DNA of 64,000 nucleotides, taken from the NCBI GenBank assembly GCA_038198935.1, contig JBBPZQ010000003.1:8271-72270 (forward strand), in the 5' to 3' direction. A model generated the notes under the pieces. The model ran no database searches. It was not told the DNA's origin and worked only from the letters and a program-made list of their open reading frames with translations. Positions 51,525 to 59,848 of this stretch are shown in pieces. Every line of letters starts with the position of its first letter. The stretch's first letter is position 1. The DNA is from Anaerolineae bacterium (GTDB lineage Bacteria > Chloroflexota > Anaerolineae > JACRMK01). The translations under genes were made by a program, and so were the position numbers.

Positions 51525-51616
51525 TAGGACTTACGCAGTTGAGGGCAGACCCGCGAGGTTTTGGAAACCTCGCGCGTCTCCTCAACGGTAATTCACATTC
51601 AACTGCGTAAGTCCTA
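51525..51616. mobile_element. 92-bp MITE with 18-bp TIRs and 5-bp TSD
   Basis: TAGGACTTACGCAGTTGA ... TCAACTGCGTAAGTCCTA flanked by AGATG direct repeats (51520-24, 51617-21). Confidence 0.85.
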
Positions 51617-51676
51617 AGATGATAAGATGAGCGTCGGCCATTATGATATCAATCTTGCCACTCGTCACTCGTCACT

Positions 51677-52174
51677 TTAGAAGTAGGTGCGCCCGATCGT
51701 TTCCGCGATCATCGCAGGGCGGTCGCTGCCTTCGACTTCGACGGTGGCTTCACTTGTCATCTGCACCCACCGCTTGTTCGGGTCTTCTTCGATAGCGACC
51801 AGTTTGCGGTGCACGCGAATGCGCTTGCCGACGGGCACTGGAGCGGTGAAGCGCACCTTGTTCAGTCCGTAGTTCACGCCCATCTTCGCGCCGGGCAAGC
51901 GCACTTTGACGCCCTGCATGTTGTTGCCCAGAAAGCCAGCCAGCATCGAGAGCGTGAAGTAGCCGTGCGCAATGGTGCCGCCGAACGGCGTTTGCTTCGC
52001 ACGCTCGGCGTCCACGTGAATGTATTGATGATCGCCCGTCGCGTCCGCGAACTTGTCCACCATTTCCTGCGTCACCAGTACCCACTCGCCAACGCCGGTC
52101 TCTTTTCCAATATACTGTTTCAAATCGTCAACACTGGTCACTTCGCTGTTGGTCATTGCGGTTGTTGCAGTCAT
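51677..52174 (-). CDS. MaoC family dehydratase
   Basis: FADATGDHQYIHVD, TIAHGYFTL, NYGLNKVRF. Confidence 0.92.
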   Translation of the reverse strand: MTATTAMTNSEVTSVDDLKQYIGKETGVGEWVLVTQEMVDKFADATGDHQYIHVDAERAKQTPFGGTIAHGYFTLSMLAGFLGNNMQGVKVRLPGAKMGVNYGLNKVRFTAPVPVGKRIRVHRKLVAIEEDPNKRWVQMTSEATVEVEGSDRPAMIAETIGRTYF

Positions 52175-52255
52175 TGCTCTGTCTCCGCGAGGTTAGGATG
52201 CAAGATGCAAGATGCAGAATCAGTTATCCTGCATCTTGCATCCTGCATCTCGTCA

Positions 52256-53389
52256 TTATGAATTCGTCAAATGTCTAAACGCCATCTCACGATGATATTC
52301 TACGTCGCCGTACATCGGCTCGTAATATTTCGCGCGCTTGAACCAGAGGTGCAGATCGAACTCCCACGTGAAGCCGATGCCGCCGTGCACTTGAATCGCC
52401 TCGCCACACACTTTGCGCGCGGCCTCGCCGACAAAAGCTTTTGCGACTGAAGCGGCAAGTGCAGCATCGGGTGCGTTTGCATCCTGCGCCCACGCGGCAT
52501 AATAGACTGCCGAGTGCGACTGCTCGACATCCACCAGCATATCGGCGACCTTGTGCTTGATCGCTTGGAATGTTCCGATCGGTTGGCCGAACGCCTCGCG
52601 CACCTTCGCATACTCGACGGACATCTCCATGCTCTTGCGCGCCGCGCCTAGCATCTCCGCCGCCGCGCCGACGGCCGCCTTCTGCAACACGTCCTGCACG
52701 AGGGGCCATGCGCCGTCAATATCGCCGATAATGTTTTCTTCGGGCACCATCACATTCTTGAAACGCACTTCTGCTTGCTTGCTCGTCAGATCAATGTTCG
52801 TCATCGGCGACATCTCGACGCCCTCCGCTTTGCTGTCCACCGCGAACAGCGAGATGCCGTCGGCTTTGTCCGACGTGCGCGCGGGCACGAGCAGCATGTC
52901 AGCAACATGTGCGAACGGCACGAAGCGCTTCACGCCGTTCAGCACAAAGCCGCCGCCGCCCGGCTCGGCTTTGAGGTGGACTGATTCGGGTCCCCAGTTG
53001 GTCGCTTCTTCGAGCACACCCATCGTCGCGACCAACTCGCCGCCCGCAATGCCATTCAGATATTTTTCTTTCTGCGCTTTGTCGGCTGCGTGCTTTAACG
53101 TTTCGCCGGCGAGCAGCACGCTGGCGAAGTAGGGGCCAGGGAACACCGCGCGTCCCATCTCTTCGAGTACTGAGGCCAACTCGACCATGCCGAGTCCGAG
53201 TCCATCGTTCTCTTCGGGGAACGTCAAGCCGAGCCAGCCGAGTCCAGCCATTTCCTTCCACATGGCTTTGTCGAGACCCGTCGGGTCGTCGCCCATCTTG
53301 CGCACGAACGCCGTCGGCACTTTCTCACTCAAATACTCGCGCACCGAATTGCGCAGCATCACTTGATCGGACGTGAAGTCAAAATCCAT
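52256..53389 (-). CDS. Acyl-CoA dehydrogenase family protein (likely partner subunit of a heteromeric ACAD)
   Basis: REAFGQPIGTFQAIKH, QVHGGIGFTWE. Confidence 0.88.
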   Translation of the reverse strand: MDFDFTSDQVMLRNSVREYLSEKVPTAFVRKMGDDPTGLDKAMWKEMAGLGWLGLTFPEENDGLGLGMVELASVLEEMGRAVFPGPYFASVLLAGETLKHAADKAQKEKYLNGIAGGELVATMGVLEEATNWGPESVHLKAEPGGGGFVLNGVKRFVPFAHVADMLLVPARTSDKADGISLFAVDSKAEGVEMSPMTNIDLTSKQAEVRFKNVMVPEENIIGDIDGAWPLVQDVLQKAAVGAAAEMLGAARKSMEMSVEYAKVREAFGQPIGTFQAIKHKVADMLVDVEQSHSAVYYAAWAQDANAPDAALAASVAKAFVGEAARKVCGEAIQVHGGIGFTWEFDLHLWFKRAKYYEPMYGDVEYHREMAFRHLTNS

Positions 53390-53420
53390 AGAGAGTTTTT
53401 CTCCCATTCATGTTTATGAA

Positions 53421-54758
53421 TCAATTATGGACGATCAGCCAAGGTGTCGGCGGCGCCCATCCAGGTGTGGGCCATGAATCACTGTAGAGCGCTCGGGCGT
53501 AATACCAATTGGTACTGCCGAGAATTCGATGAACGAGGATCATGCAGTCGGGCCCGCTATAGGCGAGCGCGGTTGCGCCACCGTGATACTCGTACACTTC
53601 GTAATGGATTGCTCCGGAAGCACAATACTCCAAAGTCGTGGCATCGGAGCCGCGGGTGTAACTGGCGACGATATGGGGTGTGCCTTGATAGCCGTCGCTG
53701 AATAACTCGATATGACGATCGCAATTGACATAGCACGTGAACTGGCTAAGGTCTGCCGTGTTGGCTTGAATCAAGTAGGTGTGCTGTCCTGTACCATACG
53801 ACTGATTCTGAAAAGAGAGAAAGTCGTCCAAGCTTGGGCTGTAAGTTGATGCCAAACCTTGCCAACGATCAGGGTTGGGCTGCCATTTGTAGATTGAGAA
53901 AAGCGTTTTGTAGCTATTATTCGTTGGTGTGTTCGGGCTGGCGGCGAGATGGACTGTGATGAGACCAGCAGGTGACGGTCCCGAGATATCACTGAGGTAA
54001 GCGTTGACGGCATTGGGCGGTGCAGTCGTATTGGCGAGGTGACGAGCAGCAAGATCAACAGTGGCTGGGCTTATGCGCATCTCTGGAAACTGTGCGCCGC
54101 CGCTAGGGCGCGCAGGGTCGTTGCGGAAATCGGGAGTTGGTGAGTACCAAGGATTCCACCAGGTGCCTGGCACATGACGAATGGGAACAGACTGCCCACT
54201 AAAAATATTACCAACAACTGCGCCGGTGCGCGCTTCATAGTGTAGATGGATACCGGCTGTAGGTGGAAGCCCGCTTTTAGATGACATCGCAATACATTGA
54301 CCTTGTGTTACTCGTTGTCCAGCTCCTACAAAGATTTTATCAGCGTCTAAATGAGCAAAGAAACTGAAGAGGTTATTGTGATTGATCCGAATCACCCACC
54401 CAAACGTGCTTTGAAGATCCTGTTTAACGTCGAGGACAACTCCATCGGCTGGCGCTAGTACAGGAAAACTTGCGCTATTCATGGCGTAATCAATCGCTTC
54501 GGCTGAAGCACCCGTGTGAAATTCCTCGCCTGGACCATCCGTGATTGTGGTGGTGCTATCGAATGGCAGTCTCCATCCACCAGAAAAGTCTACACCTGCG
54601 GAATTGCCCGATCCTCCGATGATAAGCGGTAAGAATACCTTGTAGGGCATAGGTGATGGACATGCAGCAGCCAGTGCCGCTGCGCTAGTCATAAGGAAGA
54701 GTTGAAGGATCAAGCTTGTGATCGCGATGGCGCGCAAGACGAAGTGACGTTGCTTCAT
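53421..54758 (-). CDS. Secreted M23 family metallopeptidase
   Basis: Signal peptide; H..AIDY, VLAPADG, FAHL, IHLHYE. Confidence 0.78.
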   Translation of the reverse strand: MKQRHFVLRAIAITSLILQLFLMTSAAALAAACPSPMPYKVFLPLIIGGSGNSAGVDFSGGWRLPFDSTTTITDGPGEEFHTGASAEAIDYAMNSASFPVLAPADGVVLDVKQDLQSTFGWVIRINHNNLFSFFAHLDADKIFVGAGQRVTQGQCIAMSSKSGLPPTAGIHLHYEARTGAVVGNIFSGQSVPIRHVPGTWWNPWYSPTPDFRNDPARPSGGAQFPEMRISPATVDLAARHLANTTAPPNAVNAYLSDISGPSPAGLITVHLAASPNTPTNNSYKTLFSIYKWQPNPDRWQGLASTYSPSLDDFLSFQNQSYGTGQHTYLIQANTADLSQFTCYVNCDRHIELFSDGYQGTPHIVASYTRGSDATTLEYCASGAIHYEVYEYHGGATALAYSGPDCMILVHRILGSTNWYYARALYSDSWPTPGWAPPTPWLIVHN

Positions 54759-54772
54759 AAATCACCTCAACG

Positions 54773-55603
54773 TTACGGAATACGAAAGCCTGCAACAACG
54801 CTGTGAAATATATGAATAGTGGGCGAGTTCGCAGGATAGGCGCTAATCAGGTAAATCCATTTTCCCTTGCCCAGCGCAACCTGTATAACGCCATCTGGAG
54901 ACATAGGCGCTGTGATTGTATAACGAAGAGCAGGAACATTACTTACAGTCAAACCCTCTGTCGGGCTGTAGGAGATTTCGGGCATGGAAGCCACTTGCTG
55001 CTTTTGTTGTGCCAGCCAATTTTCAATCGTGCCAGACTGGGTAAATTCGGGCAGCAATGTGATCTGGATCGCTAAGTATCCACTCGGCGGTGTGCCCTTT
55101 CGCATGACACTATTGTCAAAGTTCCGTATCGTGATCTCTGTGCCTTCTGGCAGCGAAGGGGAATGCGGTCCTGAGGGCAGGTCAATATACCAATTGGCTG
55201 GATACTCGAACGAGAAATTGAAACCAGGATCGCTGTAAGTCTGCCACTGTGCGCTTGGCGTGACTAGGGTCCAAGGTACTTGTGTAGGAATGACAATCGT
55301 CGTCGCTGTCGGCGTCGCAGTTCCAGGTACAGGTGTCCTCGTCGGAACCCACGTCACCCGACTCGCATCAAGAGTGGGCAGTGGAGCGGGTGGGATTCCC
55401 GTCGGTGGCTGCATTGGGTTCACAGTGGCTGTTGCAGTTGGCGCGGGTGATGACGGTGGTGGATATGGAGGCAATGGCGACTGGATAGGAGTCGCGTTCG
55501 CCGTTGCCGCTGCACCTTGTCGCTGGGGGGCCGCGCAGCCAACAACTATCACAACGGTGCAGACAAGAGCAACCACGACGCACATGTGCTGAATGGTTTT
55601 CAT
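54773..55603 (-). CDS. Lipoprotein with Pro/Thr-rich linker and PsbP-like domain
   Basis: VVGC lipobox; WQTYSD..FSFEYPANW. Confidence 0.7.
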   Translation of the reverse strand: MKTIQHMCVVVALVCTVVIVVGCAAPQRQGAAATANATPIQSPLPPYPPPSSPAPTATATVNPMQPPTGIPPAPLPTLDASRVTWVPTRTPVPGTATPTATTIVIPTQVPWTLVTPSAQWQTYSDPGFNFSFEYPANWYIDLPSGPHSPSLPEGTEITIRNFDNSVMRKGTPPSGYLAIQITLLPEFTQSGTIENWLAQQKQQVASMPEISYSPTEGLTVSNVPALRYTITAPMSPDGVIQVALGKGKWIYLISAYPANSPTIHIFHSVVAGFRIP

Positions 55604-55669
55604 CGGAAGACCTTACGCGCACAGTGAACAGTCAACAGTAGCAACTGCCCACCGTTCACTGTTCACTGT

Positions 55670-56899
55670 TCACTTCTTCTGCTTTTGAATCTCGATGCGA
55701 TCGGTGCGCACTTCCTTCGGCAAACCGAGCACGCGCTCGCCGATGATGTTCTTCTGAATTTCGGACGTGCCGGCGTAGATGGTCGGCGCGCGCGATTGCA
55801 GGAAGTCCACCGACCACGTGCCGTGTCGTCCGTAGCCGCCGCTGCGATCAGACTCTTGCAGCTCGGCGGGCTGGCCATCAATCAGCGTGCCATACGGACC
55901 CAGAATGTCCATGACCCACTCGTGATAGCGCTTGTCGTATTCGCTGTAATATAACTTGGCGATGGACGATTCGGGGCCGGGGCGCAGGCCTTTTTCCAAG
56001 CGCGACAGGATACGCAAGCCTGAGTAGCGCATCACCTCCAACTCGACGTAGGCGCGGCCGAGTTTCTGCCGTACGAGCGGGTCTTCAAACGCCGTGTGAC
56101 CGTTCTTTTTTAATTGTTTCGTCACCTCGACTAAGCGGCGCAGCGACATGAGATAGACCGTCACGCGGTTGAGCGTACCGCCGCCGCGCTCGAAGCCGAG
56201 CGTCGTTTGGGCATACTGCCAGCCTTGATTGAGCTGACCGATCAAATTTTCTTTCTCGACGCGCGCATTGGTGAAGAACACTTCGCAGAACTCGGAGCCG
56301 CCGGTGATCTGCTTGAGCGGTCGTACCTCGATGCCGGGCTGGCGCATGTCAATCAGGAAACACGAAATGCCCTGGTGCTTTGGCACGTTCGGGTCGGTAC
56401 GCGCGAGCAGCAAGCCCCAATCGGAAATGAAGCCGCCACTCGTCCAGACTTTTTGGCCGTTGATCTCGTAGTGGTCGCCTTTGTCTTCGGCGCGCGTCTT
56501 GAGGCTGGCGAGGTCGGAACCGGCGTTCGGCTCCGAGTATAGTTGGCACCAAATCTCGTCAGCCATCAGAATCTTTTTGAGGAAGCGATCCTTCTGCTCG
56601 TGCGTGCCGTGATGGATGATGGTCGGACCGACAATCGAGATGCCGAGTCCGTTCACGGTGGACGGCGCATTCGCGCGCGCCATTTCGTCGGCGACGATCG
56701 CCTGCTCCATCGGGCGGGCGTCTTGGCCGCCGTACTGCTTGGGCCAGCCCATGCCGACGAAACCGGCATCGTACAACTTGCGATGCCATGCCTTGCGCTC
56801 GTCGAGCGAGCGCACTTCTTGCTTCGGCATGTTGTCGCCAAACCACTGCCGCACTCGCGCGCGGAAGGCATTGTCTTCGGGAGTGAAATTGAGATCCAT
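55670..56899 (-). CDS. Acyl-CoA dehydrogenase
   Basis: WCQLYSEPNAGSDLASL, NGQKVWTS, LGFER, IYAGTSEIQKNII. Confidence 0.92.
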   Translation of the reverse strand: MDLNFTPEDNAFRARVRQWFGDNMPKQEVRSLDERKAWHRKLYDAGFVGMGWPKQYGGQDARPMEQAIVADEMARANAPSTVNGLGISIVGPTIIHHGTHEQKDRFLKKILMADEIWCQLYSEPNAGSDLASLKTRAEDKGDHYEINGQKVWTSGGFISDWGLLLARTDPNVPKHQGISCFLIDMRQPGIEVRPLKQITGGSEFCEVFFTNARVEKENLIGQLNQGWQYAQTTLGFERGGGTLNRVTVYLMSLRRLVEVTKQLKKNGHTAFEDPLVRQKLGRAYVELEVMRYSGLRILSRLEKGLRPGPESSIAKLYYSEYDKRYHEWVMDILGPYGTLIDGQPAELQESDRSGGYGRHGTWSVDFLQSRAPTIYAGTSEIQKNIIGERVLGLPKEVRTDRIEIQKQKK

Positions 56900-56929
56900 G
56901 AATTCTCCTCAAATAGTTATTGCGCTTGC

Positions 56930-57637
56930 CTAGCGGCGTCGCCCAAACAGCCGCAGCAGCAGTAAGAACAGGTTGACGAAATCAAGATACAGCCTGAGCG
57001 CACCGAGGATCGCGCTGTTCTTATTGACGGCGGTGCCGTCCGCGGTCATGCTGCTCATCCGTTTGATTTTCTGGGTGTCATACGCGATGAGCCCGACGAA
57101 GATGATGATGCCAAAGAATGTCGTGATCCAGTAGATGGCAGGCGACGCCAGAAAGATGTTCACGACCGAGGCGATCAGGAAGCCGATCAGCGCCATCAGC
57201 AGCAAGTTGCCGAGCGAAGTCAAATCACGTTTCGTGAAATAGCCAATCGCGCTCATCACACCGAACGTCGCCGCGGTGATGAAGAATGTTTGCGCGACCG
57301 ATTCGCCCGTGTAGATGAGCAGGACGAACGAGAGCGTCACGCCGTTCAGCGCGGCATAAAACATGAACAGCGCGCTCGCGACGGCCGGCGACAAGCGACT
57401 CATACCCGCGCTGATGACGAGTACCAACACGAGTTCGCCAATGATCAAGCCGAAAAAGAATACTGGGTTGGTGAGCACGGCACTGAGCAATGCTGGCTGC
57501 GACAGCGTATAGAACGACGCGAGCGCCGTGATGACGAGACCGAGCGTCATCCAACCATACACGCGCGCGATGAAGGTGTTCTGCCGCGCGATAGCGATCT
57601 CGGGATTGCCGAATGATTGATACGATTGATTGTTCAT
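56930..57637 (-). CDS. Bax inhibitor-1/YccA family membrane protein
   Basis: VYGWM..GL, AYDTQKIK, AL.LYLDFVNLF. Confidence 0.92.
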   Translation of the reverse strand: MNNQSYQSFGNPEIAIARQNTFIARVYGWMTLGLVITALASFYTLSQPALLSAVLTNPVFFFGLIIGELVLVLVISAGMSRLSPAVASALFMFYAALNGVTLSFVLLIYTGESVAQTFFITAATFGVMSAIGYFTKRDLTSLGNLLLMALIGFLIASVVNIFLASPAIYWITTFFGIIIFVGLIAYDTQKIKRMSSMTADGTAVNKNSAILGALRLYLDFVNLFLLLLRLFGRRR

Positions 57638-57646
57638 GATGTCCTT

Positions 57647-58594
57647 TTAACGCGATCCGCGCAATCGTGGATCGAGCACGTCGCGCAGCGCATCGCCGAA
57701 CATATTGAAGCCGAACACGGCGAGGCTGATCGCCAATCCGGGCCAGATGGCGAGCCACGGCGCGACGAGGAAGAACTGTCGCCCGTTGCCGCTCAACATG
57801 CTGCCCCACGCTGGCAATGGCGGCTTCACGCCGAAGCCTAGGAATGCAATGGTCGCTTCCGCGAGAATCGCCGCGCCGAGCTGCGTCGTCGCCAGAATCA
57901 GGATGGTGGCAAAGACGTTGGGCAGCACGTAGCGCAAGATGATGCGCCGATCTTTGCAGCCGAGCGAGCGCCCCGCTTCCATGTACGGCATCTGTCGAAT
58001 GCCGATCACTGCGCTGCGCACCACGCGCGTCGAGCCGGCCGCGACCACTAAGCCGATAGTGACAGCGATCAGCACAATCGAAGCATCTGAATCCGTGTTG
58101 CGCGTCGTGAAGATGCTGACCATCGTGATGACCAGCACGATAGGCGGAATCGAAATCCAGATGTCAATGAAGCGCTGCAAGATCAGATCGAACTTGCCGC
58201 CCCAGTAGCCCGACAAGATACCGAGAATAGTGGCCAAGCCCGTACCGAACAGCACCGCGCCAAAGCCGACCTTCACCGAAGTGTCTGCGCCCCACACGAT
58301 GCGGCTGAACATATCGCGTCCAACGTTGTCGGTACCCAGCAGAAATTGAGCGGATGGCAGTTGCAGCCGATTCTCCGCCTTGCCGGTGTCATACGGATAT
58401 GGAGCGATCTGTTCGTGAAACAGCGCGGTGAAAATGAACACGATAACCAGCAGTCCACCCAACGCGCCGAGCGGCTTTTGGCGAATGAACCGTAGCACCG
58501 CACTCAAGCGATTTGGTGCGGGGCGCAGACTGAGCGCGACTTCTGTTTCGCGTATGCTGGACTTCATCCGTATTTGTTCGGCGATGGAACTCAT
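57647..58594 (-). CDS. Peptide/nickel-type ABC transporter permease (DppC-like)
   Basis: LGTDNVGRD, YMEAGRSLG, LPN, WGSML, GDALRDVLDPR. Confidence 0.92.
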   Translation of the reverse strand: MSSIAEQIRMKSSIRETEVALSLRPAPNRLSAVLRFIRQKPLGALGGLLVIVFIFTALFHEQIAPYPYDTGKAENRLQLPSAQFLLGTDNVGRDMFSRIVWGADTSVKVGFGAVLFGTGLATILGILSGYWGGKFDLILQRFIDIWISIPPIVLVITMVSIFTTRNTDSDASIVLIAVTIGLVVAAGSTRVVRSAVIGIRQMPYMEAGRSLGCKDRRIILRYVLPNVFATILILATTQLGAAILAEATIAFLGFGVKPPLPAWGSMLSGNGRQFFLVAPWLAIWPGLAISLAVFGFNMFGDALRDVLDPRLRGSR

Positions 58595-58711
58595 ACTTTA
58601 GTCCTTCGTCATTGGTCGCAAGTCGTTGGGTGTCAGTCGTCAGTTGTTTGAGATTAGCCATCAGCAAATTGACGAGCGACTAACGACTCAGGGTGAATGA
58701 CTCATGCCTAG

Positions 58712-58812
58712 CAGTCTGTCGGAGAGGATTTCGAACGTCCTTGTTTTCCAGGCATTTCGCGAAACAGACGGGAGCCGTTTTCCGAAGAAAAGCGGCTCTC
58801 TCCGACAGGCTG
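58712..58812. mobile_element. 101-bp MITE-like element with 15-bp TIRs and CTAG target duplication
   Basis: CTAG-CAGTCTGTCGGAGAG ... CTCTCCGACAGGCTG-CTAG (14/15 TIR match). Confidence 0.75.
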
Positions 58813-59760
58813 CTAGCTATAACGAATGCGCGGATCAAGCCACGCGTACATGATATCCACGACCAGATTCGCGCTGATGATCAGCGCCGCGAAAATCAAC
58901 ACCACGCCTTGCACCTGGGGGTAATCGCGGTTGTTGATCGCGTCCAGCAAGTAGCGCCCCATGCCTGGCACGGCGAATATACTTTCGAGCACGACCGCGC
59001 CGCTGACCAGCACCGCGATTTGCAAGCCGAGCACCGTCACGATGGGAATCAGCGCATTCTTGAGCGCGTGGCGCACTAGCACAAACCACTCCGATAGACC
59101 TTTAGACGCTGCGGTGCGAATGTAATCCTGACGCAGCACTTCGAGCATCTGCGTGCGCGTCAGACGCATGATGGTTCCCGACAAGCCGATGCCAAGAATC
59201 AGCGCGGGCAACATCATTTGCGTCAAGTTCTTGCCGACGTCATCCGATAATTGAGTATAGCGCAACGGCGGCGTCCACTGCCACCAAATAGACGGCATCG
59301 TAATCGCCAACGTGCCGAGCCAGAAACTCGGCACCGCTAGCATCGCGATGGCCGCGCTGCGCGCAATGTAATCGGACACGGTGTCTTGTCGCACCGCCGA
59401 ATACACGCCCAATGGAATGGAAATAAGCAGCGCGACAAGCAACCCGAGTGCGCCCAGTTCGAGTGTCACAGGTAGACGCGTCGCAATGTCGTCGGTGATC
59501 GGCGTGCGGTTGCGCAGCGATTCACCCAAGTCGCCCCTCAAGATTTTGCCGAGCCACGTCATGTACTGAATGGGAAACGGTTGATCAATGCCGAGGCGCG
59601 CACGCATCTCGTCGGCCGTTTTCGTCGAGCCGCCGTAATCCTGAATCATCATGGTGACGGTGTCGCCCGGCAGCAAGCGCACCATGCCGAAGACCAGCAG
59701 CGTGACGCCGAGCAGCGTCGGGATCATCAACAGCAGTCGGCGCAGAATATAGCGGTGCAT
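58813..59760 (-). CDS. Peptide/nickel-type ABC transporter permease (DppB-like)
   Basis: YILRRL, GDLGES, QDYIRTA..KGL, HALKNA, DPRIR. Confidence 0.93.
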   Translation of the reverse strand: MHRYILRRLLLMIPTLLGVTLLVFGMVRLLPGDTVTMMIQDYGGSTKTADEMRARLGIDQPFPIQYMTWLGKILRGDLGESLRNRTPITDDIATRLPVTLELGALGLLVALLISIPLGVYSAVRQDTVSDYIARSAAIAMLAVPSFWLGTLAITMPSIWWQWTPPLRYTQLSDDVGKNLTQMMLPALILGIGLSGTIMRLTRTQMLEVLRQDYIRTAASKGLSEWFVLVRHALKNALIPIVTVLGLQIAVLVSGAVVLESIFAVPGMGRYLLDAINNRDYPQVQGVVLIFAALIISANLVVDIMYAWLDPRIRYS

Positions 59761-59770
59761 TGTATTAATG

Positions 59771-59848
59771 AAAGGCTGAAGTCAGAAGGATGAAGGATGA
59801 AGGATGAAGGATGAATGGGATTGCTTCATCCTTCATCCTTCATCCTTT
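59771..59848. repeat. Heptamer (GGATGAA)n inverted tandem repeat
   Basis: GGATGAA x4, spacer, TTCATCC x3; first 30 nt identical to reverse complement of 35459-35488. Confidence 0.85.

Noticed and set aside
53400-55680. Integron or prophage origin of the passenger genes
   Set aside because: No integrase, phage genes or convincing attC core sites seen.
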